DNA of 10,191 nucleotides from NCBI GenBank assembly GCA_964346585.1, contig CAYFVQ010000283.1:1-10191 (forward strand), given 5' to 3'. The notes beneath the pieces were generated by a model. The model was not told the DNA's origin and ran no database searches. It saw only the letters and a list, made by a program, of their open reading frames with translations. The position numbers and the translations under genes are program-made. Shown here piece by piece: positions 1-6,458 of this stretch (position 1 is its first letter; every line of letters starts with the position of its first letter). This stretch comes from an uncultured Eubacteriales bacterium. Lineage in GTDB: Bacteria; Acidobacteriota; Aminicenantia; Aminicenantales; Aminicenantaceae.

Positions 1-135
1 CATCGTCTTATTCAGCTCATCCATCGTTAAATTTCTGAAAGCTGAATCCACAAAAATCGATCCAATCACTCCCCAGAGAATTGCCCAGATGACAGCAATC
101 CAGAATAAAACAAGGCCAACTTTTTGTTTCGTCAT
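1..135 (-). CDS. Small membrane protein, N-terminal part only (the gene continues beyond the window start). The translation MTKQKVGLVLFWIAVIWAILWGVIGSIFVDSAFRNLTMDELNKTM... contains one predicted TM helix.
   Basis: Open frame to the window edge on the minus strand. ATG at 133-135 (minus) is preceded by GGAGG (reverse complement of 140-144). A hydrophobic helix follows a K-rich N-terminus. It lies downstream of, and in the same orientation as, the SPFH gene. It is not in the supplied ORF track because it is truncated by the window edge. Confidence 0.45.
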   Translation of the reverse strand, partial: MTKQKVGLVLFWIAVIWAILWGVIGSIFVDSAFRNLTMDELNKTM

Positions 136-354
136 TTTGCCTCCATTTTGGATTGATCTCTTGACAAAAATCCCCTTCAATCCGAAGAGAATTCCTGTCT
201 AGCGCTTTATTTTTGAATTCTCCCGCAAATATGTTGGGACAATCCTATCACACTGAAAAAAGCTCGGTCAATGGAAGGAAAAGGGGAAATCTACAGACAA
301 CATTCATTGTCTATAAGAATGGTGTGAACTAATTAATTTAGAGATCCCCAATGT

Positions 355-1557
355 TCATTGTTTCTTATTCTTATCCTGCGCTCCTTCGATTACCTTCTTT
401 TCCTCGGCATCCACGGTAGAGGTGGAGTCAGCATCTCTGGCCATCCCCATATTCTTTCCCTCTGTTGGCTTCGTGCCTTCAGCTCTAGACTGGCTCTCGC
501 CAAGGATGCGGTCAAAGGCAGTCAGGCCGCCAATGGCACCAAGACCCATTGTCTCCACAGCTGTGCTGGGAACTATGATCATGGATCCCTTCTGTTTAAG
601 GCCTTCAAAGACCATGTTCATTGCTCTTAAGTGCAGAGCGGCTGGGTTATCCTTGTAATGGACTGAGGCATCTGCGAACTTCTCGGCAATCTCAGTTTCG
701 GCTTTGCTCAGAATGATACGGGACTGGCGCTCGCGCTCTGCCTGGGCTTTCCGGCTCATGGCATCCTCCAGCGCTTTTGGGATGATAATATCCCTGATCT
801 CCACTGACTGAACAGTGATTCCCCAGGCATTCGTCTTGGCATCCAGCACCTGCTGGATTTCCCTGCCCAGTCTGTCTCTGTGAGAAAGCATATCACCAAG
901 CTCATGCTTCCCGATGGCATCCCGAAGGCCTGTCTGAGCAGAGAGGGATACTGCTTCCTTATAATTCTCCACCTCTAGGACACTCTTCTCAGCATCCCAG
1001 ACCATCCAGAAGGCTATGGCATCGACATTTACCGGGACTGTGTCCCTCGTAAGGGTTGTTTCGGCCCTGAAGTCAGTGACTCGAATCCTTTGGTCCACAT
1101 AGTTGGCCACTTTGTCAATCACAGGCAGCAAGGAGAAGAGGCCAGAACCACGAAGGCCGCGGAACTTTCCAAAGCGCAGCATTACTGCCTTCTCCCACTG
1201 GTAGGCTAACTGAATGCAGGGAGCAGTAAGCCCTGCTGTCACCACTGTTATCACCAGAATCCAGCTCTCCGGTCGGTGGCTCAAGTAGGTCCACAGTGCA
1301 GCCATGGTAGTTAAAACAAGAACCACTTCCCATATCTGAGAGAGGCGGAAAAGTATGGACAACACGAGGGCCATTATCACCATCGTGATCACCACCGGCA
1401 GCCGGAACGGAAACACGGATAAATGGATCACAAGTCCGAGGAGGCAGAGTGCCACAAGGATCATGATGTTAATCGGGCCGAAACGGAAGTCGGCCTGAAA
1501 GCTGGTGGCAAAACGCTCCAGAGCACTAAGTTTGAGAGCACCCAATGACTTTCTCAT
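355..1557 (-). CDS. SPFH/band-7 (stomatin/prohibitin-like) membrane protein. It has an N-terminal region of about 120 aa with about four TM helices and an acidic C-terminal tail.
   Basis: 400-aa ORF. AAGGAG lies 6 nt upstream of the ATG at 1555-1557. A stomatin-like signature (QWEKAVMLRFGKF...LFSLLPVIDKV...VDAIAFWMVWD...) is followed by a coiled-coil-like stretch (AQAERERQSRIILSKAETEIAEKFADAS). The N-terminal 120 aa are strongly hydrophobic (ILVALCLLGLVIHLSVF, VVITMVIMALVLSILF, VVLVLTTMAALWTYL, ILVITVVTAGLTAP). Stop is TGA. Confidence 0.85.
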   Translation of the reverse strand: MRKSLGALKLSALERFATSFQADFRFGPINIMILVALCLLGLVIHLSVFPFRLPVVITMVIMALVLSILFRLSQIWEVVLVLTTMAALWTYLSHRPESWILVITVVTAGLTAPCIQLAYQWEKAVMLRFGKFRGLRGSGLFSLLPVIDKVANYVDQRIRVTDFRAETTLTRDTVPVNVDAIAFWMVWDAEKSVLEVENYKEAVSLSAQTGLRDAIGKHELGDMLSHRDRLGREIQQVLDAKTNAWGITVQSVEIRDIIIPKALEDAMSRKAQAERERQSRIILSKAETEIAEKFADASVHYKDNPAALHLRAMNMVFEGLKQKGSMIIVPSTAVETMGLGAIGGLTAFDRILGESQSRAEGTKPTEGKNMGMARDADSTSTVDAEEKKVIEGAQDKNKKQ

Positions 1558-1571
1558 TATAATCTCCTTTC

Positions 1572-1949
1572 TCAGCGGCTCTTCCGCTGCTTGAGGTTTG
1601 TCATAATGTCAACGAGGGTGAATCCATAAGAGGAAGCCCTCGATAATAATTCCTGGCAGATCTGATCAAGCATGCGCCGTCTCTCCTCATCGTCCTGCTT
1701 CACACTCCTGTGGCCTACAAATGTGCCTGATCCCATTTGGGTTTCTACTAGTCCTGTGAGTTCCAGCTCCGTATAAGCCCGGGTCACTGTGTTCGGGTTG
1801 ATGGAGAGCTCTACGGCAAGCTGGCGCACCGTGGGAAGTTTATCACCCGGCTCCAGCCCTCCAGAAGCGATGGAGGTCTTCACCTGATCGATGATCTGCC
1901 GGTAAAAGGGAATGCCACTTTTCATATCCAGCAGGAAACTAATAGCCAT
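1572..1949 (-). CDS. GntR-family transcriptional regulator of the short YtrA-like subfamily: 125 aa, a winged HTH and only a short C-terminal helical extension.
   Basis: A canonical GntR HTH (LPTVRQLAVELSINPNTVTRAYTELELTGLVETQMGSGTFV) sits near the N-terminus. The protein is too short to carry an FadR-, HutC- or MocR-type effector domain. RBS GAGAGGAAG-AAA-ATG. Its TGA stop is 14 bp before the SPFH start, indicating a coupled operon. Confidence 0.9.
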   Translation of the reverse strand: MAISFLLDMKSGIPFYRQIIDQVKTSIASGGLEPGDKLPTVRQLAVELSINPNTVTRAYTELELTGLVETQMGSGTFVGHRSVKQDDEERRRMLDQICQELLSRASSYGFTLVDIMTNLKQRKSR

Positions 1950-1968
1950 TTTCTTCCTCTCATTTAAA

Positions 1969-2027
1969 ATTGTTATAAAATAATATTGTTATAATACACT
2001 AATACATTTTTTCTTCTTTTTTGTCAA
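1969..2027 (-). promoter_or_regulatory. Candidate sigma70-type promoter of the GntR-SPFH operon plus tandem direct repeats ATTGTTATAA (1969-1978 and 1985-1994) that may be an autoregulatory operator.
   Basis: On the minus strand: TTGACA (reverse complement of 2022-2027), a 17-nt spacer, then TATTAG (reverse complement of 1999-2004). Two 10-nt direct repeats spaced 16 bp apart each contain the palindromic core TTATAA. They lie between the predicted start site and the RBS. Confidence 0.4.
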
Positions 2028-2275
2028 GTTTTTTTTCAAATAAAAAAAATAGAAGACAAGAATATCCCCCTGGCAAACACGAATACACATTCTACATCAG
2101 AATTTGATTATTTCTGAGGTGCGGGCAGGAGATAAAAATTATGAGGAAAAACTGCTCGTGTTAATATTGAACGAGATCACCAAAATTGGATAAAAGTTTG
2201 AAACAAAAAAGAAATTGCATGCGGAAGATGAACGTAATGTTAAATGTTAAGACGCGTCCCCTATTTTGCAAGAAA

Positions 2276-2296
2276 TTGGGGACTGTCCCCAATTTT
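2276..2296. terminator. Perfect 8-1-8 palindrome TTGGGGACtGTCCCCAA followed by TTTT on the plus strand. Likely the terminator hairpin for the minus-strand TldD/E operon, and it is also a hairpin on the plus strand. It sits inside a 64-bp-period imperfect direct repeat.
   Basis: Read directly from the sequence. The GC-rich stem lies immediately downstream (on the minus strand) of the TAG stop at 2325-2327 of the TldE-like gene. The T-run 2293-2296 follows the stem on the plus strand, and the minus strand has TTTCTT after the stem. Confidence 0.5.
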
Positions 2297-2324
2297 AGAA
2301 ATGTCGAATGTTGAGATGCGACCC

Positions 2325-4082
2325 CTATTTTTTAAAAAATGGATGCTTGAGCAGGGCGGGTTTCTGCAGGGGATCCTGAGGTTTGCTCAATTCGATCTCC
2401 TCAAAAAGTACGGAAGGCGCCACAACCGAAGTGGGAAGATTCCCCCTTGCCAGCAAATTATTGACAGAGTAGTCATCCCCCACAGCGACAATATCTCTGA
2501 GCATACGCACAGACATCTCATCAATGCTGAGGCCACGGATGAGTTCCTCCCGTCCATCCTCAACATAGACTTTATACACGAGTAGAGGTGCGGTGACTGT
2601 CTCTCTTCGAGATCTTGCCTGGGCCATGCCAAACATATCCTGGAAGTCTCGTGGCGTGAAAAAGCGATTATCCAGCTTTTTAACCAATAAACCATAGGAA
2701 AGACCTTCATCCTTGCAGAGCCCAATCAACTCCTGCTTCAACTCGGCAAACGACCGTGTCTCAGTGGCTTTGATGAAGAGATTGCTGTAATGAGCAGTGG
2801 AAGAAAGCATGGAAACGCTCCGCCCATGACCGTTCGATCTATCGAATTCCTTGCGCGGGCGGCGTGACATCAGCAGTGTTTTTAAAAATCCATCTTTGAT
2901 GAGTGTCACCTTTTGTCCCGCTACTCCCTGGTCGTCAACTTTATACGCGCCGATTAGAGAATGGTTCTCGTAGGAAGTTTATCTCGGGTCATCCACCACC
3001 GTAAAAAAGGAGGGGAGCACCCGACGGTTCAACCGGTTAGAGAGATTTCTTTCTGGCATCACAACCGCGCTTCCTCTCTGGTCCATCAGAAGAGGACGGT
3101 CTCCGGATAGCTGCGGAGCCAATGTCTGGGAAAATATTTCTGTGGCAGCTTCCGCAGTGACCAACACCGGTCCGAAGTACTGATCCATGACTGGCGCTGA
3201 AGTTAATGCTGTGAGTTCTTCCGCCATTTTTCGTATGGCTTCTTCCATCTCTTTTTCTGTGGGCAGCGATTCCCAATTCGTCCCGAGGAATGGAATAAAA
3301 TGTTTCAAAGGCATCCCATCTTGAGCTCGCGTGGATGCTTGGGCAACAAGCATATAGAGAGTGCCTGGCTGACGAACCACAGTACCTTCACTGTTGACAA
3401 AATATTTATTCGTGGTCGTAAGGCTGAAATTCACACCCGAATAATAAATGGTAGGAAATTCCTTAAAAATCTCGGATAGGTTGCGGACAAGTTTTTCCCA
3501 TTCGGAGCTGTTGATTTTCATTGATTTTCTTGGGTTGATGGATGTGACTGGCTCCTCTCGTGAAAAATCAGGGATTTCCTCTGTTTCCACTTTTGTTTTC
3601 AAGAGAGACCGTTTCCCAGCCAACTGTTCGACAGCCTGTTTATAGGCAGCATCTGTCGCCAGCCAGATATCCTGGCGCAGGGCCGCATAATCATCTTCGA
3701 TGGCTAAAGGCCTGAATCCTGACGATGAATACCTAAAACGCGGGCTTGAGAATCCGCTGTTATCAAAATCATAACTTCCCACACGAACACTCACTTGGAG
3801 GAATCGGCTTTTATTGCTATTTGAATTGACTATCGCTCCAAAGATAGCCCTCACTGCGAATGTCTCTGTTTCTTCCACCCTATATTCAATGTAATACGGC
3901 TTTTCCATGTCTTTTAATTGCAGTTGGTCAACTGAACGAGCCAATTCATCTTTAAGAGCTTTCAGGACCACATCCTCTTCCTCTTGGGCATGGAGGCTGA
4001 GTTGAGGAGACATGAAGGCAAACAAACAAAATAAGAGGAAAAACAAGAGACAACGAAATCGCGATTTTGATACTGTCCTCAT
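2325..4082 (-). pseudogene. TldE/PmbA-like paralog of the TldD/PmbA metalloprotease family. It lacks the catalytic HExxxH motif and has a Sec signal peptide. It is interrupted by a single in-frame TAA at 2979-2981. The N-terminal segment is 2979-4082 and the C-terminal segment is 2325-2909, both in the same frame.
   Basis: Both ORF segments share a frame (4082 and 2909 are both congruent to 2 mod 3). Translating through the stop gives ...FFTVVDDPR*TSYENHSLIGAYKVDDQGVAGQKVTLIKDGFLKTLLMSRRPRKEFDRSNGHGR..., which aligns residue-for-residue with the adjacent paralog (...YDDPTIKKKGNSDLMGFYLYDDEGIKAQRVTVVEKGVLKNFLMSRSPILGFDKSNGHGR...). The shared NKYFVNSEG motif in the N-terminal segment lines up as well. 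Signal peptide MRTVSKSRFRCLLFFLLFCLFAFMSPQLSLHA-QEE. RBS GAGGAGG 5 nt upstream of the ATG at 4080-4082. It could be a nonsense mutation, a sequencing error or readthrough; the sequence alone cannot distinguish these. Confidence 0.7.
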
Positions 4083-5791
4083 TTGAGCCTCCTCTTGGGT
4101 CGAGGAAGTATCGGAGGTCGTTCCTCTGATTTCTGTTTCTTCTGGATCTCAATTTCTCCCGTGAGTATTCCTGGAGATACACAGGACACCGGTAACCAGC
4201 CTGATTCTGCTCCACAGCCGCCGTTGAATACGCCGACTGTATCTGCACAGGCCAATATCTTACTGAAGGAAATCAGTGGAGTCCCTATCAGGTCTGCCCC
4301 ACGGACGAGTTCATCAGGGCGCCCATCCGCGTAGACACGATAAACCATGATCGGATCGACGGCATACGCCTGAGTTCCACCCCTTCTGGTGGACGTAAAT
4401 CCGCCAGAGATGTCTTCAAAAATGAGGCCAAACGGCTTCCCTTGCTTTTTACACTCTTCAATCAGTAACTTACGAAGTTTCTCTTCTGAGACCGTTTTGG
4501 ATGATTCAACGATCAAATTCCCTTGGCGAGCTACTGGTTGGTAACCGGCTGACTTTCTGCCATGGCCGTTCGACTTGTCAAATCCCAGAATCGGCGAGCG
4601 GGACATGAGGAAGTTCTTCAAAACACCTTTTTCCACTACAGTGACACGCTGAGCTTTTATACCCTCATCATCATAAAGATAGAAGCCCATCAGGTCAGAA
4701 TTGCCCTTCTTTTTAATCGTGGGGTCATCATAGACTGATATGAAATCAGGCAAAACGGGCTGGTTGACCTTCTTGGTAAATGTCTGACCTTCGCTTTCAT
4801 CTTTCTGGCGGTGACCCTCGATACGGTGACCAAAGATCTCATGGAAAAAAACACCTGCCGCTTGACCCGAGAGAATAGCAGGTCCGCTGTACGGCTCGAT
4901 CACGGGCGCTTCCCGGAGTGCGAGCAGTTCTTTGGCCATCTGTCTGATCGTTCTCTGTACTGTTTCCTCATCCGCCAATCCCTCTAGCGAATGTGAATCA
5001 AATGACTTGTACTGGAACAAATCCATGCCATCGTCGGCTTTTGTCCTGGCCAGCATGCTGAGGCTCCATTGTGTGTTCCCCTGCTGGATGACTGAACCCT
5101 CGCTGTTGACAAAGTATTTGTTTGTCACCTCCGCATTCAAGGTGACCTGCGATTCTAAAATATCTTGAAAAGGGATAAATAGAGCCGAATACTCCTTAAG
5201 CTTTTTCTCCCACCGAGCTACATCGACACGAACATCGGATAAAGGGCCAAGGAACTTTGCAGGAGCTTCGCGTGAAAAATCGGCAGATTCATCCTCTTCT
5301 TCCACCTTGACGGCTTTGTTCGCTTCGACCTGAACAAGACGCTGAACAGCCTCTTTGTATTTCTTATCTGTCTCGAACCACAGCGCACTTTTTATCGCAT
5401 CCGTATCATTTTCGACAGGTATGAATGCAAAACCACGATAGGGCGGCAGGTACCCGAATCTGTCTCTGATACGATGCGTATTATCAAATTGGTAATCACC
5501 GACACGCACTTCGACATCCAGGACGCGGGAGCGACCATCAGAGCTGACTCGTATGGCCCCATAAGAGGCGGCGATCAAAAGACGGATCGATTCAGTGATA
5601 TGATAGCTGATGAAATAAGGGGGAGGATTGCCCTTGTCACCCAAACCTTTCATCGAGCGCTGCAGCTCTTCCTCCATCGCAATGAGGACTACACTCTTCT
5701 CTGCGGGTTGAGGCCAGACGACCTGGGATAGAAGACAACAGCTGAGAACAAGAAGAATACAGACTGCATACGTTCTGACGATTTCTTTCAT
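4079..5791 (-). CDS. tldD: TldD-like Zn-metalloprotease of the TldD/PmbA family with the HExxxH motif intact and an N-terminal signal peptide. It is probably exported to the periplasm or secreted.
   Basis: 570 aa. FFHEIFGHRIEGHRQ matches the TldD HExxxH region. The C-terminal glycine-rich segment (GFDKSNGHGR...GNLIVESS) is typical of the family. The N-terminus MKEIVRTYAVCILLVLSCCLLSQVVWPQPAEK has a hydrophobic h-region. RBS AAGGAG 7 nt upstream of the ATG at 5789-5791. Its TGA stop overlaps the start of the next gene (ATGA at 4079-4082). Confidence 0.88.
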   Translation of the reverse strand: MKEIVRTYAVCILLVLSCCLLSQVVWPQPAEKSVVLIAMEEELQRSMKGLGDKGNPPPYFISYHITESIRLLIAASYGAIRVSSDGRSRVLDVEVRVGDYQFDNTHRIRDRFGYLPPYRGFAFIPVENDTDAIKSALWFETDKKYKEAVQRLVQVEANKAVKVEEEDESADFSREAPAKFLGPLSDVRVDVARWEKKLKEYSALFIPFQDILESQVTLNAEVTNKYFVNSEGSVIQQGNTQWSLSMLARTKADDGMDLFQYKSFDSHSLEGLADEETVQRTIRQMAKELLALREAPVIEPYSGPAILSGQAAGVFFHEIFGHRIEGHRQKDESEGQTFTKKVNQPVLPDFISVYDDPTIKKKGNSDLMGFYLYDDEGIKAQRVTVVEKGVLKNFLMSRSPILGFDKSNGHGRKSAGYQPVARQGNLIVESSKTVSEEKLRKLLIEECKKQGKPFGLIFEDISGGFTSTRRGGTQAYAVDPIMVYRVYADGRPDELVRGADLIGTPLISFSKILACADTVGVFNGGCGAESGWLPVSCVSPGILTGEIEIQKKQKSEERPPILPRPKRRLK

Positions 5792-6048
5792 AATGAACTC
5801 CTTGTTTAGAACCTCTCTTTAAGATGATCGTGGAGAGTAGGGATGAACCAAATTTTGTATATCTTATGGCTCACAAATTCATGCACAGAATATTTTAATG
5901 TAAAGTGACTGTTATTTAAAGAGCTAGGTCTTCTCTTTCACTCTTACACAATTATTCGCTCTCCGCCATCCACAGAAGATTATAACTCACTGGTACCATT
6001 TTCGTATTACGAATGTGAAAAGAATTCTTTAGAAAGACAAAAAAATTC

Positions 6049-6100
6049 TTGACATATCTATAGAATTTCTATACAAATATATATGTATAGAATTTCTATA
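6049..6100 (+). promoter_or_regulatory. Sigma70-like promoter for the PadR-permease operon: -35 TTGACA at 6049-6054 and a candidate -10 TACAAA at 6072-6077. It is overlapped by two copies of the perfect palindrome TATAGAAtTTCTATA (6059-6073 and 6086-6100), a candidate PadR operator.
   Basis: Read directly. A consensus -35 hexamer and a 17-nt spacer lead to an A/T-rich -10 candidate. Two identical 15-bp inverted-repeat sites are spaced 27 bp centre to centre. One overlaps the spacer and -10, the other the predicted start-site region. This is the classic layout for autorepression by a dimeric PadR-type regulator. Confidence 0.55.
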
Positions 6101-6122
6101 TAAATAAGCCTGCGAGGTGGTT

Positions 6123-6458
6123 ATGAGCACTCTGACGAAAAACGAGGAAATCATCCTTCTTTCGATACTGAGGCTCAAGGATAATGCCTACGGAGTCAGC
6201 GTTAAAAATCAAATCAAGATACTCACCGGGAATGAGTGGAACTACGGCCTGCTGTACTGCGCGCTGGACCAGCTGGCTCGAAAAGGCTTGCTGATCAAAC
6301 GCGAAGGGATGCCTGTGTCTGAGCGAGGAGGACGAAGAAAGATATTTTATTCTATTTCGCGGTCGGGCAGACGGGCTCTTGAGGAAGCCTATAAGCTAAA
6401 AGAAGCCATATGGGATGGCATAGGGGCTCCTTCCCTGAAAAAGGGGGAGGCATCATGA
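6123..6458 (+). CDS. PadR-family transcriptional regulator, 111 aa.
   Basis: Winged-helix PadR signature (ILLSILRLKDNAYGVSVKNQIKILTGNEWNYGLLYCALDQLARKGLLIKREG...RRKIFYSISRSGRRALEE). RBS GAGGTGG at 6114-6120 before the ATG at 6123. The GTG at 6117 used in the ORF track is less likely. The TGA stop overlaps the permease start. Confidence 0.9.
   Translation: MSTLTKNEEIILLSILRLKDNAYGVSVKNQIKILTGNEWNYGLLYCALDQLARKGLLIKREGMPVSERGGRRKIFYSISRSGRRALEEAYKLKEAIWDGIGAPSLKKGEAS

Noticed and set aside
187-222. Inverted repeat GAGAATTC ... GAATTCTC (two EcoRI sites) in the SPFH-to-membrane-protein intergenic region.
   Set aside because: The arms are short at 8 bp, the loop is 20 nt and no T-run follows. 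It could be a weak structure, but there is nothing distinctive enough to call a terminator or operator.
358-1333. Plus-strand ORFs 358-630 and 422-658 and minus-strand ORF 1115-1333 overlapping the SPFH gene.
   Set aside because: They lie antisense to or out of frame with a well-supported SPFH coding sequence and have no translation signals.
2244-2725. Plus-strand ORF 2244-2585 and minus-strand ORF 2387-2725 inside or antisense to the TldE-like C-terminal segment.
   Set aside because: They overlap a gene with clear family homology in another frame or strand. They have no RBS and their translations are compositionally odd, so they are shadow ORFs.
2979-2981. An alternative genetic code (TAA read as sense) to explain the internal stop.
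   Set aside because: This is the only in-frame TAA in six gene bodies. The other genes end normally at TGA or TAG, and SD-led, ATGA-coupled bacterial gene organisation is evident throughout. A local mutation, sequencing error or readthrough is more parsimonious than a recoded genome.
3020-3040. GGTTCAACCGG, resembling a tRNA T-arm.
   Set aside because: It lies inside the TldE-like coding sequence and lacks the other tRNA arms or any acceptor stem. No tRNA is called.
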